Origin: the human T2T-CHM13v2.0 reference genome, Homo sapiens
Length of the DNA stretch: 64,000 bases
Assembly: GCF_009914755.1 (NCBI RefSeq)
Contig: NC_060926.1
Direction: 5' to 3' (one strand)
The first letter of the stretch is position 1; the number at the start of each line of letters is the position of its first letter. Under the pieces are notes generated by a model. It searched no databases. It had not been told where the DNA came from and saw only the letters and a list, made by a program, of their open reading frames with translations. Shown here in pieces: positions 1-12,233 of this stretch. A program made the position numbers and the translations under genes.

Positions 1-1852
1 GGAGACAAAAATCTCTCTGGTGAGATTTTTTTTCAAATAATGAAAGTTTTATATCTTGAACATGTATTCCTGGAAAACTAAGGATCTACTTTTGGATGTA
101 AATTCTCAAGAGAGCATGGAGGATTGACTTCACCAAAAAAAAGTAACTTTTTAAATCCAGTGTTCCCACTCAATGTTCATTTATTATTCATTTAATTGTT
201 CATTCAACATTCTTCGAGAACTTGTTGTATGACAGATCAGGAGATACAAATGTGATTATCTTGACCATCCCTGAAGCTGTTAGTCCAGTGAAGTTCAAAG
301 ATATAGTTCAGAATCCAGATAATTTACTGATCTACCTGTCTTCTATAATGGCCCATTAAAAGGATTATTGTAAATTATCTTATGTGATTGTACAATCCAT
401 GCCAATTTTTAAAATATTTAATTGTTGGAAGTAGAATGCAGAAGTGATAGGGTCAAAGGCTATGTCTTATCTTGAGTAAAACTGAAATCACCATATCTAA
501 CCTAAAACTAGAACAGATGTATTTTGTTCTATTCCCAAATCAAATTTTAATAACCTCAGATGCTTCATTTGTGTTTGATACATTTTGAGTTCTTGTCCAT
601 CCCTGGTAAGAGTAATATGGTTGTTGAAAGATCTAGGCGCCTATTTATGGCTCTAAAAGGCATCATAATATCCATTTACTTTACTTTTTTAATATCCTAA
701 AGTTTATCTACAAAGTTGAATGAATTCAAAGTTAATTTGGATAACTTTTTTTCTGATCCAAAATTTAGTTCTGAATATTAGGTGAGTTGCCTAATCTGAC
801 AAATTCAAAGAAATTTTGAGCACAGATATACATGACATATTATCCTAGACATTCTATCAGACCCACTAGTAAAATTTCTTGGATCATTTCTCCTTAATAT
901 ATGAAATCTTCTGAATAGTATAACCCTGTACTTCCTTCAACTAAGACTTGTCTAATGATCTCATCAAGGAAACTCTTGCCTAGACTCTTGCTTTATATTT
1001 AGATCTATTTCCACTGGCAAACCTTCTTGATTTTTCAAACATGGGTACTTAATAGTTTTAAATTATTTTCCACTAACTGAAAAAAAATAACGTTTAAAAG
1101 AGATTATTGTGTATTACTAAAGAAATATGTTCATTTTCTAAGAATCTATTTGCAAGCAGATATTTTTTATTTTAAAAAGACAAATTGTACACACCAGATA
1201 CAGTGACTATAAAGCTCACTGATTTGTAATTAGTGACCTACATATGCAATTTACCATCTCTGAGACCTTAAACCTGTCCTAGGTGTAATTAAATGAGTAA
1301 TGTATGTAGAAGCACCATAACTTTCAAGCGTCATATAAAATGATAATTTTGTATTATTAATACACATATTATTAGCATTCATTCATTCAACAAACATTTT
1401 ATTTAGAACTCTTATTTAGAAACTAGGCATTATTTTCTTCAAGTGGCTTTTCCTAACCTTTTCCTGCCTACCTCCCCAGACTAACTCTGGTTCATCTTTA
1501 TAATGCCATAATTTAGCTCATGATCTGAAACATAGCAAGAACTCAAAAAAAATTTATTAAATAATTTCAGGCATTCTTAGCCTTCTACTCTCTTCTACTT
1601 CTGACAGTATTTTCTAAATTAGGTTGTGTTAAAGTTACCTGATAACTCCCAGTTTCATTCCATATGACCTGTAGTCTTGAGCATTTTCATTTTGAATCAG
1701 TTTAAACTTGGCAGCATTATTAAGGTAATTAATGCGCATTCATACTTTGAGTTTTATATCTTCATTTAAACTCCATCTCTTTTTAAAAATTTAATTATGA
1801 AAGGCCCACCATATGTTTAAAAGCCATTATGATTGTTTAGATAGGGAGAGAC

Positions 1853-1871
1853 TGGTGCTCCCTCTGCTGGC
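1853..1871 (-). promoter_or_regulatory. Candidate CTCF binding site
   Basis: Minus strand reads GCCAGCAGAGGGAGCACCA, a close match to the CTCF core CCASYAGRKGGCRS, in apparently non-repeat DNA. Motif match only. Confidence 0.5.
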
Positions 1872-2112
1872 TCTGAAGAGAAAAAAGATAACTGGAAAAC
1901 CATTGCAGAATTAGACTGACATTCTGGCCAAGGCTTGCCACCCAAAGGATGATTTTAGAACTCTGAGATGCTTTACTGAATTGACTATATAACCTGAACT
2001 ACACTAAAATACCACACTAACACCTATGCTTGTCAGACATGAAAGAAATTATAGAAAGTGGTATCTTAAATTCAAGGTTAGAAAAGCTTTTTATTGAAAA
2101 TAAATCTATATT

Positions 2113-2205
2113 CTAAAAGCCCTGATTTGATTATTATACAATTTATGTATGTAACAAAATTGTACTTGTACCCTATACATTTCAATAAATAAAAAATAAA
2201 TAAAC
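2113..2205 (+). mobile_element. Short L1 3'-end fragment (L1PB/L1MA-like) with A-rich tail
   Basis: ctaaaagccctg...tatgtaacaaaattgtacttgtaccc...aataaataaaaaataaa resembles an L1 3' terminus. Confidence 0.55.
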
Positions 2206-2414
2206 CAAGAAGAATAAAACAGTAAAAAGCATAAAATAAAACTTGACAGCTGGTATTAAAATAATAGGTGTATAAAATAACAATGATAATTTTTTCTAGG
2301 TGTGAGTAGTTGTTAACTTTGCAACTCCAACATATTATGTGTGTAGAGTATTTTACAGTTGTGACATAGATTAATGAGTATTATGCCAATTGATCCACAA
2401 AAATAAATGCTTAC

Positions 2415-3623
2415 AGTTAATAGGCCAATAATATTTCACCGTTGTTCCCTCCATTTGAAAGAGAGGAATGTCACCAAGGATGTATAGCTCTTCTACAGGA
2501 CCAGCAAAATAATCCCATGACCACTTCAGATATTAATGATAGCTAAACTCTAATGAATGCTTACTATGGCTAGACACTGTAACAAGGAGTTTATAAGCAA
2601 TGCCTTCTTTAATTCTCGTAACAGCCCTATAAAGGAGGCATGATTATCATTCCCATTTTATAGATAAGGAAATTAAGCCACAGTCACTTTCCAGCCCAAA
2701 ATTCAGGATGACACCCCAATATCCAAGGTAAATCATGTGAAAACTCACAGAAGCCAACTCAAACACAGGTGATAAGTTGCATGGAAATCGCACACAATGT
2801 GGAGTACCATGAAATATTGACATACCGAAGTCTATTTTATCGACTAGAAACAAAATTTTTAGTGGTGAATATTACAAAAAATATATATATATATATATAT
2901 ATATGAGTACCAACCAAGGTATATTTGTATTGCATATGTTTAAATATAAAAGTAATATATACATAGACTCTAGATTTGAAGGAGGATCTTAGGTCCCAGA
3001 ATGTCTTCAGCTCTAATAAACATGGACACCTTATGCCTTGCAAAATTATTATTCACTTATTAAATTTAACAAAAGCTAAAAATTCTTCAGATTATGTTTC
3101 AACTCTTTTCAAATCAGTCCTGGAAGTCTCCCCATCTCCTTTTACACGATAAAAATTGGCATGAATTAAAATCTTTTGAACCCTCCCCTAACCATTGGGT
3201 ACAAGCTTTGTATTTAGGCTCAACATGTTTTCTCTTTAGGTCTTCAAACAGACTTTGCTGAAATCTTGGCTTTTCAAATGACTTGAAATATCATGAGCCA
3301 TGACAGTAAAAATTTACTTGGTAACAGAAACAACATGAGACTGAAATCAAAGACCTCTTACTGATCTTAATTTTGGGCCACATCATCCACTTTGCTTTGT
3401 AGGATTTATCCACAAACTCCTGAGTTTCTGTAGGAAATGCTAAATTTCTTTAACATCTCTAAAATGATACAGATCTCCACATTCTCAGAATACACAGAAA
3501 TTTTCAGAAAAGGATATTTTACAAAGTTAAAACTATCTACAATGAACCCAATTACCTTATGAGGTGGTGAAAGGGCTTCATTAGCTGTCCAGATTGCCAT
3601 TTTTGTGCTCATTGCTTATCTAG
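2415..3623 (-). other. Cluster of candidate spliced exons (3556-3623, 3362-3427, 2826-2843 or 2749-2843, 2415-2492); coding status unknown
   Basis: Each segment is bounded on the minus strand by AG acceptors and GT donors (donors gtaatt, gtaaga, gtatgt/gtgagt, gtaagc). No transcript evidence is available and the product is not recognised. Confidence 0.3.
2535..2680 (-). mobile_element. MIR SINE fragment
   Basis: MIR core-like sequence: tttaattctcgtaacagccctat...cccattttatagataaggaaattaag. Confidence 0.7.
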
Positions 3624-3974
3624 CTGCATACACCGAGTAAACAATCAGCAGCAGTTACCAAACTATTAAAATAATAGCAAATTATGAGGCAAAAACTTCA
3701 CATTCAGAAAATTCCACTCATAAACTTAATATTTTCTGAGCTTTTGAGAAGATACCAACGTGGTTAAATTTTTTAGCAATACCCCAGTATTCTAGGGGAG
3801 GCTCATTTGAGAACCACGTCTTATGGGATTCAGTCTTTGATCCTCCACCATCATGTTTCCTTCCATTGTTTCCCCAAAATAGAATCCACAGGAATTGTCA
3901 TCACAAAAAAAAAAAATGCCATGTTGAATTGCTTTTAATTTTATTTTATATTTGAAGGAAATTGAATTAAATCA

Positions 3975-4600
3975 AGCACCAGTGGATTGGCTCAGAGAGG
4001 GCAAAGCATGGGAGAAAAAGGCACTGGTTGCCATACAGTTGGCTGAGAAGGAACCAGCTGAACCTTAAAGGATTGGTGGAGGTTGAGTGTGGCCTGCTGT
4101 GACAGTGTAGAATCCCTGGCAGCCCCAGACATGGGAGGAGCTGCTGCTCACCCCCAGGCTCATCTCCAGGCACCTCCATGAGGTACTCATAAAAAAGATG
4201 GGGGCACAGTGGGTAACTGGGGAGAGTCCCTCTTAGATGATACAGGCCAGGAGAAGGGGAAGAGCAGCCACTATGGGGAAAGCATGAACCCCAGCCACCC
4301 TGCCCAGATCATCCTCTCAGAAAGAACAAAAGCCTTGAGCCTCTGTAACAGAGGCAGAAAACCTTGTCACTCCCAGGCACAGGTTAAAAACCTATTGTTG
4401 ATGACGGAATAAAAAAGAAAAATTATCTATCCCTGGAGGAGGGCCAGGAAACAGTCTTGGGCCCAGCCTCAGGATCTTATATTCATGCCATTAGAAGTGA
4501 GCTGTCACCACTGGGGAAGGCCAAGAAACTCTCTCCTATACCAGGACATCAGAGAATGCCCTCCTTCCCCTTCTGCTACCACCCCACAACCACACCACCA
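3975..4600 (+). mobile_element. Old L1 5' UTR-like fragment (L1MC/L1MD class)
   Basis: GC-richer block resembling old L1M 5' ends, directly followed by L1 3'-region sequence. Confidence 0.4.
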
Positions 4601-5105
4601 ACATACTATTATCATACAATACAGCAATTTCATTCCTATGTATTTACCCAAGTTAAAGGGCTAAGTGCCCACAAAACATGTACACAAATGTTTATAGCAG
4701 CATTATTTATAATTGCTAAAAAGAACCTAAATGGCAACAACCTAAACTTCCATAAACTGGTGAATGGATGACAAACTGTGTTTTGGCCATTTGGTGGAAT
4801 ACTATTCACCAGTAAAAAGAAATGAACTATTGTTTCACGCATTAACGTGGAGGAATCTCAAGTGCTTTATGTTAAGCGAAAGAAGGCAGATACTAAAGAT
4901 GATATGATATATGCTTCTCTTCTTAAAATATTCTAGAAAGGCAAAACTATAATGACAAAGACTTCAATGGTTGCCTGGAGGTGGAAGAGAAGGAAATTGA
5001 CTACAAAGAGGCACAAAATAACTTTTGGAGGGGATGTGAATGTTTTATATTTTAATTCTAGCAGTGGTTACATGCCTATATACACTTTTCAAGTCCATAA
5101 ACAAG
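4601..5105 (+). mobile_element. Old L1 (L1ME/MD-like) ORF2 end and 3' UTR fragment
   Basis: Translation includes HKTCTQMFIAALFIIAK (L1 ORF2 C-terminus), followed by a typical L1M 3' UTR. Confidence 0.8.
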
Positions 5106-5110
5106 GTGAA

Positions 5111-5429
5111 TTTTATTTTATTTATTTATTCTGAGACAAGGTTTCACTCTGTTGTCCAGGCTGGAGTTCAGTGCCATGATCATGGTTCACTGCAGCTTGA
5201 CCTCCTGGGCTTAAGCTATCTTCCCACCTCAGCCACCTAAGTATCTAGGACTACAGGCACACATCACCATGCCTGGCTAAGTTTTTAAATTTTTTTTTGT
5301 TGTTTTTTTTTTGTAGAGATGAGTTCTCACTATGTTGCCCAGGCTGGTCTCAAATTCCTAGGCCCCAGCACTCCTCCTGCTTTGGCCTCCCAAAGTGCTG
5401 GAATCAGGCATGAGCCACCATGCCTGGCC
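5111..5429 (-). mobile_element. Alu (AluJ-like)
   Basis: T-rich tail, gagacaaggtttcactctg...cactgcagcttgacctcctgggcttaag...atgagccaccatgcctggcc; dimeric structure. Confidence 0.95.
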
Positions 5430-5554
5430 TGATTTTATTATATTTAAACTTTCTCTCAATAAACCTGACTAAAATTATCAAGAGATATAGAACTAGCCTC
5501 ATTTCTGTCATAGTCTGAGTGATCTTAAAAAAACCTTAGTTCACTTCAACAAGC

Positions 5555-5865
5555 TTTTTTTTAATTATTGTTTTACTTTACGTTATGGGATACATGTACA
5601 GAATGTGCAGGTTTGTTATGTAGGTATGTATGTGCCATGGTGGTTTGCTGTACCTAGCAACCTGTCGTCTAGGTTTTAAGCCCCGCATGCATTAGGTATT
5701 TGTCCTAATGCTCTCCCTCCCCTTAACCCCCACCCCTCAACAGGCCCTGATGTGTGATTTTCCCCTCCCTGTGTCCATGTGTTCGCATTGTTCAACTCCC
5801 ACTTATGAGTGAGAACATGTGGTGTTTGGTTTTCTGTTCCTGTGTTAGTTTGCTGAGAATGATGA
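5555..5865 (-). mobile_element. 5'-truncated L1PA 3' end (about L1PA7/8)
   Basis: Poly-T followed by gatacatgtacagaatgtgcaggtttgttat...ttttaagccccgcatgcattagg...cccacttatgagtgagaacatg, the antisense L1PA 3' UTR. Confidence 0.9.
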
Positions 5866-6627
5866 TTTCATGAAGTACCTACTATGTGCCATGCCAGGTT
5901 ATGTCAAAGAGATAAGCTAGCTGTGTCTCTCTAGGAACACAGAGTAATAAAATACTTCTTAAAATATTGTCAGCAATTTACAGATTAAACATGAAATCCT
6001 ATGCAAAATAAAAATATTTAGCACTATATGGTAATGAATTACATCATTCGAGAACCTGTGCGCTGTAACTCAAAAGGATTTCAGAGGAAAATTTATAACC
6101 TAAAAGGCATTTATTGAAAAACAATAAAGATTGAAAATATATGTAGGAAATGCTTAAGAAGCAAAATGAAAACAAACAAACAAACAAAAAACCCTCAAAT
6201 TAATAAAAGGAAAGATATGAGCAAAACAAAAGAAACTATGCATTAAATTAAACTTAATGAATTGTTTATAGATTCCTTTATGCACAAATATCTCAGTCTT
6301 CAGTACATAATATATACTGTTAATCACCAACAACTTATAGTATTCATCTTTTCCTAAACTAATTTGACCACTAAACCATGTGTGTGTGTGTGTGTGAGAG
6401 TAAAACGCCTGCCTTATATCTAACTGATTCATAGACAAAAATTCAGAAAACATTGGTCTAATGGCTTAATTAAATCATGTAACTTGTCTGAGCTCAAATT
6501 TACCACTCTAGAAAAAAACTGAAATGTAAAAGTCTCTCATTTCTATTTCTCAAAATCTAATTGGTTGTACAGAGGAGAGAAGACAGTAAAACCGATATAA
6601 GAGATCCACAGATAAAGTTACATAAAG

Positions 6628-9600
6628 TGGCAAGGACATCAGCAGGATAGTGGGCTAGGACTCTCCAGTGCTCATCTCCCTGCAGAAACATCAACTCATT
6701 CAGCTATGCATGCACAAAGATACTTTCACAAGAGATAAGAAAACCAGGTAAAAGATTACAACGCCTGGGTGTAGCACAGAAACAAGAATAGACATATTGA
6801 AGAGGGTAGAAAGGACAGTTTTACATTCCTATGTCATCCCTTTCCCAGTCCTGGGCAGCAAAGCATGGAGAGCTATTCTCCAAGTGGGGAAAGGAGAGAG
6901 AATTGACTCCATATTTTGCTTCAGACCCAAAACCAGGCCTGCCCCAGTAAAATCCAGCACCAGGTAGGCCTCCATGGCCCCAGACCCCAGGGTAGTAGCT
7001 GAAGATGGAGGTTCTAGGCCCACCCTGGCACCCTGGCACCAGCCCCAAGGCCCAAGCACGCCAGGTAGATTCAGTCTCTGGGCTGCCCCACTACCAGCCC
7101 AAGCTCAGTAGTCCCAGGCTCCAGACTGCCCTCAGCACCAGGCCAATCTAGGTGACCCTAGGTCCCAGACCACCCCCAGCACTGAGCTTGCCCCCATGGG
7201 CACAGGGTTCAGGCACCTGCCCTGACATGAGGTTGCCCCCTACATTCCTAATAATCAGGCCAGGACCCAAGGATGAAGCCTCCAGGCCATTCCTTACAGC
7301 CCCAAGATTCAGGCTGGTACTGGCAGACTGAGCCTCCAAACCCACCCAAGCATCAGGCAGAAACCTATAGCTCGAAGTGTCAGGCCTGCTCAGCAGACTT
7401 AGTTTCTAGGCCTTCCCTAACAGCAGGTTAACCCCAGCAGCCCCAGGCTCTAGGCTGACCCTAGCACCAAACAGCCCCAGATAGGCGGGCACACCCAGGC
7501 TTCAAACCCATCCCAATGCCAGGACAATCCCACAGAATCAGGTTCCAGGAGCACCCCAAGACCAGGCCAACCCCAGGTGGCCCAGGCTCTGGATTTCCTC
7601 TGGCACTGAGCTGGCCCCTATAGCAACCCTAGATTTCAGGCTTATTCAAGCACCAGGCTGGCCCCCACATCCCTGGTAATCAAGCTGGTACACACGGACT
7701 CAGCTTCCAGGGTAGACCCTGTAAATACAGAATTCAAGCCCACCAAGTACCAAACTAGCCCCTGTATTCCCAGGTTTCAGACCTGCTCCAGCTCCAGATC
7801 ACAAAAGCTATGCAAAGTAGATATGCAGGTCACAAAAGTGATATACAAAAGATAAAAAGTAAGAAACCAAAGGACAACACTAGAGAAAATTACTTAATCA
7901 CAAAGGAAGACAGTAAAAGAGAAAGGAACAAATTATCTACAAAACAATGAGAAAACAGTTAACAAAATGGGAGTAGTTAATTTCTGACTTAACAATAATT
8001 ACCTCAAAAGTAAATAGATTAAGTCCTCTAATCAAAAGACATACAGGAGTTGAATAGATTACCAAAAAAGACTCAGTTACATGCTGCCTACAAGAGACTT
8101 ACTTTGCCTGTAAGAAAGCACATAAACTGAAAGTGATAAGATGGAAAAATATATTCCTATATTCCATGCAAATAAAAATGAAAGAAAGCAGGAATAGCTA
8201 TACTTAGATAAAATAGACTTTAAAAAAACCATAAAATGGGACAAAGGTAGTTATTATATAATGATAAAGGGGTTTGTTTATCAAGAAGATAAAACAATTA
8301 TAAATATATATGCACCCAACATCAGAGCACTTAACTATATAAAGCAAATATTAATAGATACAGAAGGAGAGATAGATTGTCACACAATAATATTAGAGGA
8401 CTTTAATACCTCACTTTCAGCAGTGAACATACCATCTAGACAGAAAATCAATAGGAAAACATTAGACATAAACTACACATTGGATGAAATGGACAAAACA
8501 GATGTATACAGAATATTTCATCCAAAAGCAGCAGAATACACATTCTTCTCAAGCACACAGAGAACATTCTCCAGGAAGGGCGATATATTAGGCCACATAA
8601 TAAGTCTTAGAAAATATAAGCAGATTGAAATTATATTGAGTGTCTTATCTGATCACAATTTTCTAAATCTAGAAATAAATAACAAGAGAAATTTCAGAAA
8701 ATTCATAAACATTTGAAACTTAGAAAACATGCCCCTGAACAACCAATGGATCAACAAAGAAATTTAAATAATATCTTGAAATAAATAAAAATGAACAATA
8801 TCAAAATTTATTGAATGTAGTAAAAGCAGTTCTAAGAGGAAAGATTATAGCAACAAATGACTACATCTAAAAATAAGAAAGACTTCCAAATAAACAACCT
8901 AGTGTTACACCTCAAGGAAATAGAAAAGGAAGAACAAAGCCCAAAGTTAGTAGAAGAAAGAGAACAAGAAAAGTCAAAACACAAATAAGTTTAATAGAAA
9001 CTAAAAAGAAAAAAAAAATAGAAAAGAGCAACTCTTACAAGTTGGTTTTTTGAAAAGATAAAATCAATAAGTTGTAAGATAGATTACGAAAAAAGAGGGA
9101 AGGCTCAAATAAAAAAATAGAAATGAAAGAGTACATGAACAACTAATGTCAAAGAAATTTAAAGGATTATAAAAGATTAATATGTACAATTATGTACCAA
9201 TAAATTGGATAACCTAGAAGAAATGCAAAAATTCCTTAACCTATACAGCATACCAAGACTGAATTATGAAGAATGGAAAATATGAACAGACAATATGAGT
9301 AAGAAGATTGACTCAGTAATAAAAAGTCTCCTATCAAAGAAAATCTCAGGACCTAATGACTTCACTGTCAAATTCTACCAAATATTCAGAGTAAATACCA
9401 ATCTTTCTCAAATGCTTCCAAAAAAATTGAAGAGGGAGAACTTCCAAACTAATTTTACAAGGCCAGCATTACCCTGATGTCAAAGCCAGACACAGACACT
9501 ACAAGAAAAGAAACTTACAGGCCAATATCACTAACGAACGTAGATGCAAAAATTCTCAACAAAATACTAGAAAATAAAATTTAACCACACATTAAAAGAA

Positions 9601-11721
9601 TAATTCACATGATTAAGTGGTATTTGTCCCAGGTTGCAAGCATAGTTCTATATATGCAAATCTATAAATGTGCTCCAAAACTATCCATAGTAATTTACAA
9701 ATTCATTGCAATCCCTATCAAAATTCCAATGATATTTTCCACAGAAATAAAACAAATCCTAAAATTCACATGGAAACCAACGACCCTAAAGAGCCAAAGC
9801 AACCTTAAGCAAAGAGAAAAAGGCTGAAAGCCTCACACTACCTGACTTCAAAATATACTGTCAAGTTTTAGTAATCAAAATAGTATCATACAAATACTAA
9901 CAGAATAGAGATCCCAAAAATAAATCCACACACTTAAAGTTAATTATATTTGACAAAGGTGCCAATAACACACATAGGGAGAGGACAGTCTCTTAATAGT
10001 GTTAGAAAAACTGGATATTTTCATGCAGAAGAATAAAATTAGACCCTTATCTTGGAACATATACAAAAATGAACTTAAAATGAATTGAAGACTTAAATGT
10101 AATACCTGAAACTGTAAAAGTATTCAAAGAAAACATAGGGGCAAGTTCCATAACATCAGTCTGGGCAATTACTTTTTGGTATGAACCTGAAAGCACATGC
10201 CACAAAAGCAAAAATAGACACATGAGATTACATCAAACTAAAAAGCTTCTGCACAGCCAAGGAGACAGTCAGTAGAGTGAAGAGTCAATCTGTGGAGTGG
10301 GAGAAAACATTTGCAAACCATACATCTGATGAAGGGTTAATATCCAAAATACATAAGGAACTCACACAACTTAGTAGTAAGAAAATAACCTGATTTAAAA
10401 ATGGGCAAAGGCTATGAATAGACATTTCTATTCACAGAAAGAAAATGTACAAACGGCCAACAGCTATATGAAATAATGCTCAATATCACTAGTCATCAGA
10501 GAAATGCAAATTAAAGTCACAATGAAATATGACCTCATACCTGTTAGAATGGCTACTACCAAAAGGTGAAAAATAACAAGTGTTGGTGAGGATGTGAATA
10601 AAAGGGAACACTTATACACTGTGGGTAGGAATGTAAATTAGAACAGCCATTATGGAAAACAGTATGGAAGCTTTTCAAAAGACTAAAGAGAGAACTACCA
10701 TATGATCTAGCAATCTCATTTCCAGGCATATACACAAAGGAATTGAAATCAGTATGTTGAAGAGATATCTGTCTTCCCATGTTCATTGTAGCATTAGTCA
10801 CAATAGCCAAGAAATGGAACCAAGCTCTGCACTAGGAAATAAAAAAATCAACCTAAGTGTCCATCAGTGGATAAATGAGTAAAGGCAAAGGAAATGTGTG
10901 TGTATATTATATATATGTATATACATTTACTATATATATACTATTATTATATATAATATATATTATATATTATATATAGTATAATATATAATTATAAATA
11001 TATAGTATAAATATACTATACTATACTATACTGTGTATACTAGTATACATAGTATACTATACTATACTATATAGTATAGTATAAATATATAGCATAATAT
11101 ATAATTATACATAAATTATATATATAATAAGTGTATATATAGTACATTATATATAGTAAATGTGTGTGTATATATGTGTATATATGTATATAATGTGTAT
11201 ATGTACATATATGTATATATGCATATTTTTTCTCTTTTATATATATATATACATATATGTGTGTGTATATATATATATACACACACACACATTTCCTTTT
11301 CCTTTACCCATTTATCCACTGATGGACACTTAGGTAGATTTTTTTTTTTCCTAGTGCAGAGCTTGGTTCCATTTCTTGGCTATTGTGACTAATGCTACAA
11401 TAGTGTATATATAGTATATATATAGTAAATATATATATACTATATTATATATGCTATATATACTATACACTATATATACACTATATATACTATATACTAT
11501 ATATACACTACATATACTATATATACACTATATGTACTATATACTATATATACACTATATATACTATATACTATATATACACTATATATACTATATACTA
11601 TATATACTATATACTATATATACACTATATATACTATATATACTATATACTACATATACACTGTATATACTATATATACACTATATATACTATATGTATA
11701 TACACTATATATATACTATAT

Positions 11722-11762
<41 letters not shown>

Positions 11763-12233
11763 GGAATACCATTCAGCCATAAGAAGGAATGAGATCATGT
11801 CATTTGCAGCCAGGTGGATAAACCTGGAGGAAATTATGCTAAGTGAAATAACCCAGGAAAAGAAAGACAAATACTGCGTGATCTCACTTATATGTGGCAT
11901 CTTAGAAAGTCAAGCTCATAGAATAAAGAGTAAAATAGTGGTTACCAGGGGGTGAAGGTGGGGAGGTAGGGAGATGGGGAGATGTTAGCCAGAGGATCAA
12001 AATTTTATTAGATAGGAGGAATTAGTTCAGGAGATATATTATACAAACTGGCCTCTACAGTTAATAAGAATGTATTTTATGGCAAAGAGTAGATTTTTAA
12101 GTGTTCTCACCACAAAATATGTGAAGTAATGCATGCATTAATTAGCTTAATTTAACCATTCTACAATGTGTGTATGTATATATTTCAAAACAATATGTTG
12201 TACATATTAAATATATACAATATTTGTCAATTA
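6628..12233 (+). mobile_element. L1MA (about L1MA4-6) with 5' UTR, internal deletions and TSD
   Basis: 5' UTR with GC-rich repeats (6630-7795); ORF2 endonuclease remnant (8261-8716, INIYAPN...SDHN); ORF2 fragments; 3' UTR. TSD aaagttacataaag (6614-6627) / aaaattacataaag (12234-12247). Confidence 0.92.
10895..11761. repeat. Complex (TA)n/(TATAC)n/(CA)n microsatellite containing an inverted L1 segment
   Basis: About 870 bp of TA-rich low-complexity sequence ending in (CA)n; includes a reverse-complement copy of 10785-10906 at 11277-11401. Confidence 0.95.

Noticed and set aside
6930-7790. GC-rich degenerate repeat as a collagen-like exon or CpG island
   Set aside because: It lies within the TSD-bounded L1 5' region, is CpG-poor and has no sustained ORF.
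8261-8716. Longest ORF (151 aa) as a real gene
   Set aside because: It is an L1 ORF2 endonuclease remnant bounded by stops and frameshifts.
11067-11900. Tyr/Ile-rich ORFs
   Set aside because: They are translation artefacts of the TA/CA microsatellite.
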